Assembly: GCA_002269645.1 (NCBI GenBank)
Contig: NIVC01003836.1
Location: forward strand, 10,536-74,535
Direction of reading: 5' to 3'
From: Macrostomum lignano
Lineage: Eukaryota
DNA length: 64,000 nt
The notes under the pieces are model-generated. The model was not told the origin of the DNA. It worked only from the letters and a program-made list of their open reading frames with translations, and did no database searches. Below are positions 11,139 through 24,408 of the stretch, piece after piece; the stretch's first letter is position 1, and each line of letters begins with the position of its first letter. The position numbers were made by a program, and so were the translations under genes.

Positions 11139-13553
11139 ATGAGCTTCAAAGACAGTTTGGAAGATTCTAAAGTGGAGCAGCAAGCTGACAGCGAAATTGG
11201 GCAGGTGAGAGAGGCTTGTATTTGCTGGAATTGACCTGTTGCTTCACCGGCTTCCTGTGAGATTTCTGACAATCTGTATCTTTTGGCGTCATGTACTGAT
11301 CTACTGACATCATGTACTGATCTTCTGACACCCTGTACTGATCTTCTGACACCCTGTACTGCTCTTCCGACACCCTGTACTGCTCTTCTGACACCCTGTA
11401 CTGCTCTTCTGACACCCTGTACTGCTCTTCTGACACCCTGTACTGCTCTTCTGACACCCTGTACTGCTCTTCTGACACCCTGTACTGCTCTTCTGACACC
11501 CTATACTGCTCTTCTGACACCCTATACTGCTCTTCTGACACCCTGTACTGCTCTTCTGACACCCTGTACTGCTCTTCTGACACCCTGTACTGCCGTCGAA
11601 CCCCCCGAAGGTGCTGCTGCACGGCGTGTCGCTGGCGTCGCTGCGCCTTAACGGTGAGGAGCGGCTCTGCCTGGCCCAGATCTCCGCCCAGCTGCTCTCC
11701 GGCCACACATACAACGACATTCACAACCGACGCGTCGCTCTGGGCATCACCTGCGTCCAGTGCACCCCGCGCCAGTTGGACAGCCTGCGCCAGGCCAGCG
11801 CCATGCCAGCCAGCGCCAAGCGCTGCGGCACGATCACGCGGCGCGAGGCCGAACGCCTGGTCCGCTCCTTCCTAGGCGAGCCGGAGCGGCCGCGCCTGCC
11901 GCCTGGTTACAAATTCAATGTCGGCCACGCCTGCGGCTGGGGCTGCCGGGGCAGCTTCTGGCCGGAGCGGTACACCAGCTCCAGGGCCAGGTGGGTGCCA
12001 TTAAATTTTATTTAAGGGGGCGCCATTTTATTTGAGGGGGCGCCATTTTATTTGATGGGGTGCCATTTTATTTGAGGGGGCGCCATTTTATTTGATGGGG
12101 TGCCATTTTATTTGAGGGGGCGCCATTTTATTTGAGGGGGCGCCATTTTATATGAGGGGCGCCATTCTATTTGACGGGGCGCCATTCTATACGAAGGCGC
12201 CATGCTATACGACGGGCGCCATTCTATACGAAGGGTGCCATTTTATCTATGGGGCCCTATTTCATTTGAGGGGGCGCCATTTCATTTGGGCGCGCATTTA
12301 AGTTTAGGGACGCCATTTTATATGAGGTGCGCCATTCTATCTGAGGGGGCGCCATTCTATCCAAGGGGCGCTATTCTATACGAGGGGCGCCATTCTATCC
12401 AAGGGTCGCCATTCTATACGAGGGGCGCCCTTCTATTTGAGAAAGCGCCATTTTATTTGAGGGGCGCCATTCTATACGAGTATGAGGGGCGCCATTTCAT
12501 TTGAGGGGCGCCAGAGCTACAGTGTAATTGGTTACCAAATACCAACTGACTGGGGGTGGCTGGCCCCCATGGCAACATAAAAGCCAATACTTTAGTAACC
12601 AATCACTGCCCTCAGGTGCGTGATGTGCAGCCAGTGCCGGCAGTTCTTCTCCCCGAACAAGTTCATCTTCCACTGCCACCGCCCGGAGGACTCCGAGTCG
12701 GCCAGAGTGGCCGAGTTCCGCCAGCCGGATGCGGCGAACTTCAACGCCTGGCGAAGGCACCTGGCGCTGACGGACCCGGAGCCGAGCAGCGAACTGCTGC
12801 ACAACTGGGAGGACGTCAAGGCGCTGTTCAACGGCGGCTCGCGGCAGAGCACCGCCTCTGGCAAGGTTGGTCGCATGCCCCACGATTCACAAACACGAGG
12901 GGCAACTTCCAAGGCGCAGCAGAGAGTGTTCACGCCTGATGATTAGAAAGTCAGGGCTGCTGTACACCCTGTGTGAGCGTGTGTGCCTGCATGCGCATCA
13001 GTGCTCAGGGAGCAGCGGAACTTCATTCACAAGCTCTCCATTGCAAACGATTGCTTCATTTCAGCCCGGCAGTCCAACAGCGGAGCAGCGGCAGGGATCG
13101 ACCGCCGCCGCCGCCACCGGCGCCCCAGACAGCAACGACAGCAGCAGCAGCAGCAGCAGCCAGGGCGGCAGCATCTGCGGTGAGATGGCCGGCAACGGCG
13201 CAGCAGTTATCGGCGAAGAGCCGCCGCCGAAGATCTCGCCAGCTGCGGTGGCGTCGCCGCTGATGTGGGCCCAGCTTCTCATGCGGGCGGGCGCTACTCA
13301 GGGGCTGCTGCAGCCGCCCTGGCCGCTTGGACCGACTCCGCCTCCGCCGCCGATGCCGATGCTGATGCCGATGTCGATGCCGCTGCCAATGCCGCTGCCC
13401 GTCCCGCTGTCGCCGCCCCACCCGGCCATGTACTTTGGCTGCCCGCTGGTCGGCCGGGACAGTCCGGCCGGACAATCCGGTAATCTCCGTGGTCTGAAGA
13501 GGCGCCTTAGCGACCACTCCATCGAGGCCATTATGGGCGGCTCCGGCGTTTGA
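11139..13553 (+). CDS. SKOR: SKI family transcriptional corepressor (SKOR1/2, CORL/fussel-like), about 394 aa
   Basis: Exons 11139-11204, 11611-11990, 12616-12865 and 13065-13553, phase-consistent. Ski/Sno/Dac domain GQVLLHG..GEERLCLAQIS..YNDIHNRRVALGITCVQCTP; SAND domain CGWGCRGSF..FSPNKFIFH..QPDAANFNAWRRHL..WEDVKALFNGGSR. Confidence 0.95.
11290..11592. repeat. 21-bp minisatellite (ctgtactgctcttctgacacc), SKOR intron 1
   Basis: About 14 tandem units. Confidence 0.95.
11995..12512. repeat. ~21-bp minisatellite (gagggggcgccattttattt), SKOR intron 2
   Basis: Tandem units start at the splice donor. Confidence 0.92.
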
Positions 13554-14440
13554 AATTTCTATTACAGTTTTTACGAGTAGTGTCGAACAAAACCAATTTG
13601 GTGACTATTTTTATTGATAAAAAATTTTTTTCAATGTCATCGAGTTTCATATCGGCTTCGTAAATAAGTACAGGACGCAAAGATTTGCTGTTCTGCACAG
13701 CGCCGAATGGGGTTTGGCCATAGACAAAGTTGTTCGAAAAACATACTATGAATACAGTAAATATCTCGATAAACTTGTTAGCTAGTGCACCTTAGATGAA
13801 GCACGCTGCGCTTTCTTCTTTTGCAACTCGAACAGCAACTGAGCAGCCTCAGTTAGTGCAGGAGCTTGTACCCGGTGCAGCAATTCTCAGGAACCAAGCA
13901 GACCGCAAGTACTGCCAAACTGGGACTCGAGCAGACTCATAACAGAACATCATGTGCCAATTGTCATGTCCTGCAGCAAGCCTATAGCCTAAATTGATGC
14001 TTTATTTGATTACTATTATTGGCCATGTAGGCTTTGCCAAAATATTTGGTTATCTTTAGTTTCCCTGTGCTTTTTCCTCTTGCATTACTACTTTTATTAG
14101 TTCAGTAGCCAATTAGAGATGTTATTTACTAGCTAAATGAGACGAGGAGTGCTGCACTGCTTCGGTCTGTTCTGCTTTTTTTCCTATTCAAACTTTTAGA
14201 TTCAAATAAACTCGTGTGAGGCGCCAAGTTGTACCCACTTTACCTTTGGCAACAATTTTCATCAGGTTGTTCTATATTTTTCTGTCTACCAGTAGTAAGT
14301 AGTAAGTAGTATAAGTAACTAGTGCAAAAGACTGCTCATATGAGTGAGCGGCTGTTATAAAAAATGACCGTGTAAATAGAATATAATGCACACATAAAAA
14401 CGCACAGTGCAGGCCAAAGCAATTATTAAAATATACGAAA

Positions 14441-16401
14441 CAAGGACTACTTAAGTATCGTTTATAGAAGGACGCTGCACTCGCGGTTCGTGTAATTTTT
14501 TTTGAAGGCCAATTTTCGCCGAAAAATACATTAACGAGATACAAAAAATTCACGATTTTCATCTTCAATGGCTTGCTCAGACTGACTACAACCCTGCTGA
14601 AAAGAAAAAACTGCTGAAACTTATCAAAAAGACCTAGTGTATTCGCTCCTCTATTGTATTTCGCCAAGTTAGTGTCCTTGACACGTTTACTTTTAAATAC
14701 TTCGTATTTTTTCGAGGGTTTTCAATTCTGTAATGTTAAATGTTAAAGGTTGGATTAAAGTGTTAGTTTCTCTCAATAATCAGTAGTTTCTTTAGCATTC
14801 TATGATGACTGCTTTCTATGTCTTTATTTTTTTGGTAAATTTAAATTAGCTATAGACATTCTATATTAAATGTTAGTCTATACCCTGGCTATGCCTGATA
14901 TATAATAATATCTAGGGCCTACTATGCTTTTTTAGCATGTTCTACAAAAATGTTGTGTAGAAAGGACCTACTGATTAGTTTATGAGTAGATCGTTATAAA
15001 GTATTATTCTTAATTTGAAGGTAGATAGATATTAGATACTTGCATATTGTATAGAAGGTACTAATTTTACTATTCTGTCAAATATCTGTAGATTAGGCTT
15101 CTTAAACGGTTCTACTGGATACAAAAGTTCTATTTTCAGACTTGTCTTGAAACTTTATATTTTATTTAAATGATAGGCCTAACAACATATTGAATTTATT
15201 TCTGCTGTTTGGAGAGCAGTTTTTTAACCTAGTCTAGTTTAATGGAACCAAGATATATTCAATACTCAGGCCTTGCATTGAATTTAAAATATAAATATTT
15301 ATATATAGAAAGTGATTCTAAAGGAAAATGCGTATAATAGACTTTAGAAGACAAATTTTCAACTTTAGTAATACTATTGAAGTGATTTAGTATAGAATTG
15401 ATTATATTGGATTTTTGAGAAATCCGTGACATTCTATCAACACACCGAGTTCGTATAAAACTTGAACACCCATTGTACACTTAGACACCTCTAATTTAAA
15501 CAAACGAAGTGGACACTGGAAAATATCGAAATATCCAACCAAAAATGCAATAAGCCAAAATCGGAGGCAACATAGCTCGTAGAATTGAAGCGAACATTGT
15601 TAATTGATTGAGCATGTAATTTGACCCATAGTCCATGGTTGTCCATGTTTTATACAGACCCAATTCACATTCACGTCATTGAATATGCTTATGCTTTCAT
15701 AAGTTGGTTTATGCATCTGTTGCTGCTTTCATACGTTGGTTTAAACATTTGTTGCTGCTTTCATAAGTTGGTTTCTGCATTTTACTGCTGTTGCCTACCC
15801 AATAGTTGCCACAGTTTCTATACACTATACACTATACACAGTCTTATATTTGCAGCCTTACATACATATTTGCCTTACTGTAGCTATCAATTGAGATTAA
15901 AGTACAATGAGCTGCTGTGCAACAAGCAACCAGTTCAGTTCAACATTTTTTGTTTCCAGTCCAACAACGATACATCGATTGTTATCAGCACTGGCATTGT
16001 GCCAGTTTCTCTGCTTTTGCTCTTTGTTATTTTATTGTTGAAAAGATCAGGGATGGCTTTTGAAAAGTACAGACTGACGGGCTTCGTTCTTTGTTAATCT
16101 CATCTCATTTTAATTGGATTACATTAGCTCAATTGTCGGAATTATCCTTTAAATATCCTAGCTTTATTGTTCTATAATAAAGAAGGGGGTAACAGTACCT
16201 TGCTGTACATTTCTCGCGAATACATGTAGTTGCAGCCGAAACTGTTCACTCATCTAAAAGAGGAATAAATTCTGAGCAACCCCGTGAAAAAACTAGACCT
16301 CTACATGCAACCATTTAAAAATAACAGCATTTTGAAAAATGGCCTTCAAAAAAATCTACACCATTCGGGAGTGCAGCGTCCTTCTACTTAAGTAGTCCTT
16401 G
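14441..16401. mobile_element. Non-autonomous hAT-type DNA transposon (1961 bp)
   Basis: Perfect 17-bp terminal inverted repeat (TIR) CAAGGACTACTTAAGTA, with imperfect similarity extending to about 75 bp. 8-bp TSD ATACGAAA at 14433-14440 and 16402-16409. No transposase ORF was recognised. Confidence 0.88.
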
Positions 16402-17789
16402 ATACGAAATTAATAATCAAGTTTGTTTAAATGAAGTTATCTGAGAGTTACAGGGTCGACGTGTCTGCTGATTTGTAGTTCAAAGAAGACAACAGAAAGG
16501 CAATTTTCTAGTGGTATTTGTTGCAGGATTACGAGTACTATATGATAACTTGATGGGGGCCACTCAGCACATTTGCGTGCAAGCTACTGCCAGTTCAGTA
16601 GTAAGTTAAATAGAAGCATTTTAATGTATTTTACTTCCGACCGCGTCTTACCCCACCAAACCCCCGCCCCAGCCCCCAATTTTTATTGCCCTTCCTCGCC
16701 TGGTTTTCCAGTCTATGGCTGCTTGCCATGTACATTTTGGTGACGCAGGGCTAATGTACATTAGCAATAGCAAGAAGCTGCAGTTTACGCCTGCAAGTCA
16801 CTCCAACTGCCTCATTTTATAAAATAGCTGATAAAATTCTTTCTTACTACTGAACTGAAAGTAGAGGAACTGTTTTATCAAGCAAATATGCCTAATTGGG
16901 CCGAAGTCATCTAGTTGTTTGCCCGAGTAGTTACCTATAAATAGCTATCAAAGTACCTAATAACAATTAAACTTGAATATTACACACACTACACAGAATG
17001 TGTAACGAGGCGAAAATTAACACGCGAGTTTCGGTTAGCAATTTACAATTGATTGTACGCACAGCAATCGGCATGAAAGTACAGTCACTGGTTCGAAGAA
17101 TATCGCAATGTATACATGCACGCTCTTAAAATATTTTCAAGCCAGAGGCGGAGATGTGTACGTTTACGGGGTTAAAACAATCACGTGACGTGGCTATCGC
17201 AACTGACCCTGCCTCAAACGGGTCAGTCGTGTAGCGATTGTACATTTATCTTTACACTGGAGTATATTACAAAGCTAGGCACGCTGGTACTACTGTAAGT
17301 AAGTAGCGGTTTAATAAATGTTTGCCAACAATTAATATAAATAAAAAAATGGAACTGGAACTTCGAGTATATAAAAATGTAATACAAAATATTTGCTGTA
17401 AATGTGCGATGTTGTAAAACAACAACAACAAATGTGCGATAGTGATCTGGTTGAATTACCGTGAATATCGCAGAGATTAAGGTTTATTCCAGTTTCTATT
17501 CCAATTAACAACTCTATTCTATTATTGGTAAATAAAATAGATGAATAATAATTATATCTGTGCAAACTTGGAACAGTCACTTTCGTTGTGAGTGCCATAA
17601 ATTATCCCAAAAACAGCTTTTGTCACTGCACAAAATAGCTTCGAACTTTGAAATTATTTGACTTGATTATTCGAAAACACAGGTACCACAAGTACCATTC
17701 TGAGTACTTGTGGTAATGAAAACGATTGAATTGTCTTTCAGAGGCGTAACCACGATTTTTTTCATGGGGAAGTCGGGTCGCTAGCACCG

Positions 17790-18812
17790 GGGGGGGGCGG
17801 TAGCACCGGGGGGCGCTAGCACCGGGGGGCGCTAGCACCGGGGGGCGCTAGCACCGGGGGCGCTAGCACCGGGGGGCGCTAGCACCGGGGGCGCTAGCAC
17901 CGGGGGGCGCTAGCACCGGGGGGCGCTAGCACCGGGGGCGCTAGCACCGGGGGCGCTAGCACCGGGGGGCGCTAGCACCGGGGGGCGCTAGCACCAGGGG
18001 GCGCTAGCACCGGGGGGCGCTAGCACCGGGGGGCGCTAGCACCGGGGGGCGCTAGCACCGGGGGCGCTAGCACCGGGGGCGCTAGCACTGGGGGGCGCTA
18101 GCACCGGGGGCGCTAGCACTGGAGGCGCTAGCACTGGGGGGGCGCTAGCACCGGGGGGCGCTAGCACCGGGGGGCGCTAGCACCGGGGGGCGCTAGCACC
18201 GGGGGGCGCTAGCACCGGGGGGCGCTAGCACCGGGGGGCGCTAGCACCGGGGGGCGCTAGCACCGGGGGGCGCTAGCACTGGGGGGCGCTAGCACCGGGG
18301 GCGCTAGCACTGGAGGCGCTAGCACTGGGGGGGCGCTAGCACCGGGGGGCGCTAGCACTGGAGGCGCTAGCACTGGGGGGCGCTAGCACTGGGGGGCGCT
18401 AGCACTGGGGGGCGCTAGCACCGGGGGCGCTAGCAACGGAGGCGCTAGCACTGGGGGGCGCTAGCACCGGGGGGGGGGCGCTAGCACCGGGGGCGCTAGC
18501 ACCGGGGCGCTAGCACCGGAGGCGCTAGCACTGGGGGGCGCTAGCACCGGGGGCGCTAGCACTGGAGGCGCTAGCACTGGGGGGCGCTAGCACCGGGGGC
18601 GCTAGCACTGGAGGCGCTAGCACTGGGGGGCGCTAGCACTGGGGGGCGCTAGCACTGGGGGGCGCTAGCACCGGGGGCGCTAGCAACGGAGGCGCTAGCA
18701 CTGGGGGCGCTAGCACCGGGGGGGGGCGCTAGCACCGGGGGCGCTAGCACCGGGGCGCTAGCACCGGAGGCGCTAGCACTGGGGGCGCTAGCACCGGGGG
18801 CGCTAGCACCGC
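17790..18812. repeat. G-rich 15-16-bp minisatellite (gctagcaccggggggc)
   Basis: About 60+ units, each with a GCTAGC palindrome and a run of 4-9 G. Confidence 0.95.
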
Positions 18813-18931
18813 CGGCTTCGCCCAATAGTTCCCTTTGGTATTAAAAAATCGCTTTCAAAACCCTAATATTAACAGAACCATTTAGAAAACCCATCAGTAA
18901 TTGTGCCGGCCTGTATCAACCAGCTGGGACC

Positions 18932-21900
18932 TCAGCCCACAATGTACTGCTTGTAATTGGACAGCTTCTTCAGCTGCGCCTTGACTGCTCGCACCAGATC
19001 GGTGGGCTGCATCACCAGGCTGATCTCCGGCCCGTGCGCGGACAGCCGGTGCGCCACCTCCTTGGGCTCCGGCCACAGCCTCAGCGGACGGCCGTTGACC
19101 TCTGTCAGCGTCCAGGTGGTGAAATTGGCGTCGTCAAGGACGCCCGCGGTTCGATACGCGAGGCCGTGGGCCGCCGCCAGACCATCCTGGAAGATGCAGT
19201 TTTGTTTGATTGGGATTTGAGAAGATTTGTGGATGAGGCTCGCTTCAGGTGTTTTTGACCATTTGATAATGGGGGTAGAAGTTTAGGTAAGTGGAAGGAG
19301 ACTCAGGTAGGTGGAATGAGACTCAGGTAGGTGGAATGAGACTCAGGTAGTGGAATGAGACTCAGGTAGGTGGAATGAGACTCAGTTAGGTGGAATGAGA
19401 CTCAGGTAGGTGGAATGAGACTCAGGTAGTGGAATGAGACTCAGGTAGGTGGAATGAGACTCAGGTAGTGGAATGAGACTCAGTTAGGTGGAATGAGACT
19501 CAGGTAGGTGGAATGAGACTCAGGTAGGTGGAATGAGACTCAGGTAGTGGAATGAGACTCAGGTAGGTGGAATGAGACTCAGTTAGGTGGAATGAGACTC
19601 AGGTAGGTGGAATGAGACTCAGGTAGGTGGAATGAGACTCAGGTAGGTGGAATGAGACTCAGGTAGGTGGAATGAGACTCAGGTAGGTGGAATGAGACTC
19701 AGTTAGGTGGAATGAGACTCAGGTAGGTGGAATGAGACTCAGGTAGGTGGAATGAGACTCAGGTAGGTGGAATGAGACTCAGTTAGGTGGAATGAGACTC
19801 AGGTAGGTGGAATGAGACTCAGGTAGGTGGAATGAGACTCAGATAGGTGGAATGAGACTCAGGTAGGTGGAATGAGACTCAGGTAGGTGGAATGAGACTC
19901 AGGTAGGTGGAATGAGACTCAGGTAGGTGGAATGAGACTCAGGTAGTGGAATGAGACTCAGGTAGGTGGAATGAGACTCAGGTAGTGGAATGAGACTCAG
20001 GTAGTGGAATGAGACTCAGGTAGTGGAATGAGACTCAGATAGGTGGAATGAGACTCAGGTAGTGGAATGAGACTCAGGTAGGTGGAATGAGACTCAGGTA
20101 GTGGAATGAGACTCAGGTAGTGGAATGAGACTCAGGTAGGTGGAATGAGACTCAGGTAGTGGAATGAGACTCAGGTAGTGGAATGAGACTCAGGTAGTGG
20201 AATGAGACTCAGATAGGTAGAATGAGACTCAGTTAGGTGGAATGAGGCTCAGGTAGTGGAATGAGACTCAGGTAGGTAGAATGAAGCTCAGGTAGGTGGA
20301 ATGAGACTCAGGTAGTGGAATGAGACTCAGGTAGGTGGAATGAGACTCAGGTAGGTGGAATGAGACTCAGGTAGGTGGAATGAGACTCAGGTAGTGGAAT
20401 GAGACTCAGGTAGGTAGAATGAAGCTCAGGTAGTGGAATGAGACTCAGGTAGTGGAATGAGACTCAGGTAGGTGGAATGAGACTCAGGTAGGTGGAATGA
20501 GACTCAGGTAGGTGGAATGAGACTCAGGTAGGTAGAATGAGACTCAAGTAGGTGGAAGGGATTCAAATCCGCCTCACCTGCTGCACGTGGGCCACCTCGG
20601 CCGATTGTCCGGTGGTCACCAGGCCGAGAGAGCGGCCGTCTGGCCGGCTCACGCAGAAGGCCTTGCCATGCGGCAAGCGCCGCAGGCGGAGGGCCACCCG
20701 GCCAACGGAGCCCTGCAGGATTCGGCGGCACTGCTCCAGCGACTCCAGCCGGAAGCCGTCCACGCTCATCACCTGTTGACGGAAGGTGAGCTGGTATTAA
20801 CCGACCAACCAAGTGAGGAGGAAGGAACCGCCAAGGACCGCTGATATTAAGCGGGTCTACGCTAGCTGTGCATTCCGCCGCCGGCTCACCTGGTCGCCAA
20901 CGCGAAGGCAGCCGTGCAGTCGAGTCGCTCGCCGATTCCAGCCAGCGATCCACAGCCTACCAGCGCAGTGGACGATGGCCACATTGTCGAGTAGGTCGGC
21001 AGCGTTGCAGTACACCTGCACGCCACCTGGGTGCAGAATCTGGCGCTTCAACCGTTCGACCGAGGCGCAGAGCGGACTGAGACGCGGCCCGCCGGGACCC
21101 AGGGTGTTCACCACGAACTGGCCGCCCTGGGTCTCCTCGATGCTGATGTCCGCCTGGAGGAAAGGATGGCGGGATGAAAACATTTACTAAGAATCATCCA
21201 GAGTTCTGTGGTGGACCACAAAATAGCTTGGCAAGTTAAGCACTGAAACGTAGCTATCAACACAAATTCTAATTTGAGCAACCCCTAAATTTCACAACCC
21301 CTAAAAACGATTTTGTCGACAAACTGATTAATAGTATTTTTACCGAACTACCCTTTTTCCAGCTTTTCTTATTAAACCAAGTGCTAGAGTCAAGGATTCG
21401 AACCGGGCAAATCCAATTCGAATTTGCGCCAAAAAGTGACGTCGTTAAAAAGTCGTTAAACTCAGAATAGATTTTTTAAATACTACGAGTACACGATGTA
21501 ATTGTAATTTTTGAAGGTACCAGAAATATGCTTAATGATACATGCTTAATACTAATATGAATCCAAGAATTTCTCTTTTTGGCGCCAATTCGAATTGGAT
21601 TAATTTCAGCAAAAACAAAGCCAGATCATGTGCACGCAATCTGTTACCTTTCTATCAAAGAAGCCGGACACCAGCACCGGCTTAGTCAGGTGCTGATAGG
21701 GCGGCGGGTCCGGATTGGGCCGGAACACCCCGACGGCTGACCGAAACCGCCTGGTACGCAGTCGAGTCAGGGCGTCCCAGTCCTCCAGCTCGCGGTATTT
21801 GCTTTCAAGCACGGCGTACGCCTCCGGCTCCATGGCGTCCAGCTCGGCGAACTGAGGATAGGTGTACTCGATGTGAATAATACAATTGCATCGCGCTATT

Positions 21901-23482
21901 CCATCACGTGACTGCCATCCCACCATTATTAGCCATCCACTCCTTATCTATTCTTATCTTACGTAGACATTACTTCAACATACAGCTACAACCCAAAATC
22001 TACGAAACATTGCCCCCTCGTCACCTCGTCGCCTTTGTCTTTGTCAACCTCCTCGCTGTCCTCGCCGCCCTCGTAGACGCTGTACACTGTCTGCAGCTGG
22101 TCGCGCAGATCCTTGACCCCGGCTTCGCCACGCTCTCGACGCATTCGATCTTCCAGGCGGTGCAATTCGCGCAGCACTTCGCCTCCGCGCTGACGTCTTT
22201 GCTTTTTGGACTGGCTGAGCAGCCTGCTCCGGTCTGCCGTGTCCTCATCCTCAGCATCAGACTCGGCCTCCTCCTCTTGAGCCTCAGCCTCCGCCTCCGC
22301 CTCCATCCGCTTCAATCCGTCGATATCATCGGAGTCGAAGTCGAACGAATCGCTAGAAATGTTCTCTTCCGCTGCTGCAGCCTGAGCTCCTTGTCGCTGC
22401 ACTGCCGCTAGCTTTTCATTGTTGGGGCTGCAATGATTTTTTCACTTTTTTGCTCGGTTGCCTTAGCTGATTGAAATAAAAAAGTGTAAGACAGTTAAGA
22501 ATTTCAAAGATTTGATTGCAGTCAGTCAGCTATCTGTAGGTCTCGCAAGGGCGTATTCAGCATGCCAGTGAAGTGTGAGACAGGACCAGGACCATGGGCT
22601 AAGGTCTGCGATGCTCCATGCCTGCCCTCATCTTCAGCAGGTAAAGGCCGGAGGGAGGTCTGCCCCCTCTATTTGCCTCTGGCAGCCGCAGACCCCCCAC
22701 GCTGTCTCGCAAGCCGACCCAGGGTCCCCGCGAGTGTTCAAGACAGACCCTAGGGCGCTGGTGACCCATCCAAGTGGCTTTTGCCGAACTTGGGTATGCT
22801 GGTCTGGCTCGCCAGTCCGCAGGCCGTGGTACTCTCAACGTACCCTTTAATACCTAAGGTGTTCGACCGTGCCGATGGGCTGGAAGGCCGGGGAGTAGTC
22901 CGGTCGCAAGCGGTCCCCCTCCTGGTGTCGGGCCAGCCTTGGGGGTTCTTTTGGCCTTTTGGCCTACTGCCCGGTCAGGTGGAGTGGCCCGGTGAGTACC
23001 GCGCTCCTTCGAGGGTAGCCCACCAACCTTCATCTCTAGGGCACTACCCACCTGATGTCCCCGTTGTCGTACACCTCGCCTTCATCGTCCTCATCATTAT
23101 CCCCCAAGGTGCCGTAGATGTTCTCCGGCTTGCTCCTGTCGGCCAGCTGGGCCAGATTCCTGGACAGACAAGCCACCCAGTCGGCGGCCTCCTGCTGCGA
23201 TTCGGCGGTGAGGGTCAGCATGCGGTCGGACAGTGCCATCAGGAAGCTGCAGGGATCGTCTACTAGCGCGGCGACCCGGCTGCAGCCGCGCAGGTCGAAC
23301 GAGTTGATTGGTGGGTCCGTTCTGGCCGCGGCGGCGTCCTCGTAGTACTCGAGCGAGGGCAGACCGCCGAACAGCAGGAAGACGAACCAGCGGCGGGTTG
23401 GGCGGCGGAGCAGGCTGATGGGGCCGCTGGCCAGGGTCTGCTTCTTCAGGTAGCCAGCTTTGATTACTACCTGCTGGTTCAT
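18932..23482 (-). CDS. PH-domain plus tandem PDZ (syntenin-like) adaptor protein, about 583 aa
   Basis: Exons 23052-23482, 22025-22427, 21648-21851, 20890-21153, 20578-20772 and 18932-19186; all GT-AG, total 1752 nt in frame. PH: IKAGYLKK..RRWFVF..LEYYED..AESQQEAADWV. Acidic/coiled linker. PDZ1: GCLRVGDQVMSVDG. PDZ2: SLGLV..DGLAAAHGL..LTEVNGRPL. Confidence 0.85.
19290..20555. repeat. 19-20-bp minisatellite (gaatgagactcaggtaggtg), intronic
   Basis: About 60+ tandem units. Confidence 0.97.
21411..21600. mobile_element. MITE-like element (190 bp), intronic
   Basis: TIR of about 29 bp: atccaattcgaatttgcgccaaaaagtga versus the reverse complement of tctctttttggcgccaattcgaattggat. No TSD seen. Confidence 0.7.
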
Positions 23483-23589
23483 CTAGGCCGCAGTGCTTGG
23501 TAATGACGGGGTGGTTGTGAGTTGTTAGGCCATGTTGTAGTCAACGCTTTTCTGCTTTTCTTAATAATTTCTGCCTTCAAGGTCCGACC

Positions 23590-24000
23590 ACAGACTACAG
23601 AAACGTATTTCTTTGGCCCCGGCCATAGACTACAGAAACGTATTTCTTTGGCCCCGGCCATAGACTACAGAAACGTATTTCTTTGGCCCCGGCCATAGAC
23701 TACAGAAACACATTTCTTTGGCCCCAGCCATAGACTACAGAAACGTATTTCTTTGATCCGACCATAGACTACAGAAACGTATTTCTTTGGCCCCAGCCAT
23801 AGACTACAGAAACGTATTTCTTTGGCCCCAGCCATAGACTACAGAAACGTATTTCTTTGGCCCCGGCCATAGACTACAGAAATGTATTTCTTTGGCCCCG
23901 GCCATAGACTACAGAAATGTATTTATTTGGCCCCGGCCATAGACTACAGAAATGTATTTATTTGGCCCTGGCCATAAACTACAGAAACGTATTTATTTGA
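23590..24000. repeat. 35-bp minisatellite (ccatagactacagaaacgtatttctttggccccgg)
   Basis: About 11 contiguous units with no spacers. Confidence 0.95.
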
Positions 24001-24408
24001 CCTGGGACAATAAAATTCCAAATTTGGATTCTAACAAAGGTTCAGCACTACCGGTCGAATACTAACCGTTACCATCGCAACCAGCGGTTGCTATCGAATC
24101 ACAGTATTCGGGGCCAAAGGCGGTCTTAGGCCTTTATGATACACACGCTTTGACAGAGAGCTTATCTGTAGTGCGAATTGTCTCAGCATCTCTGATGCTG
24201 TTTTATACTCAACAATGAGAGACAGTGGGTACAGAGATGGTCCATACTATTATTCTCATCTTTTCTCAGACACGGAGTGAGTGTAGGTTCAGTATGGGTT
24301 GAGTCACCGTTGACACACTTCAAGCAAAAAAAAATTGAGTTCATTTTAGAAATGATTTCTCTCATAGACGTGCTTTTGCGTATGCAAAATGGGATTAAGC
24401 CAAACAAG

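Noticed and set aside
2701-12504. Many 100-240-aa periodic ORFs (LNLPT, RISHL, KTETSQDRNF, QTAPHK, VSEEQYR and others); likewise at 26212-27276, 37711-38040, 44411-45433 and 47192-49109
   Set aside because: These are translations of stop-free minisatellites that are open in several frames or strands and lie in introns or transposons.
12930-12985. Minimal hammerhead-like core CTGATGA-tta-GAAA (also CTGATGA-ctttg-GAAA near 41510)
   Set aside because: No NUH cleavage triplet and no consistent stem III; they overlap SINE or transposase remnants.
22540-23030. GC-rich intronic block as a retrotransposon UTR or extra exon
   Set aside because: It looks like a dispersed repeat, but no termini, TSD or homology could be shown.
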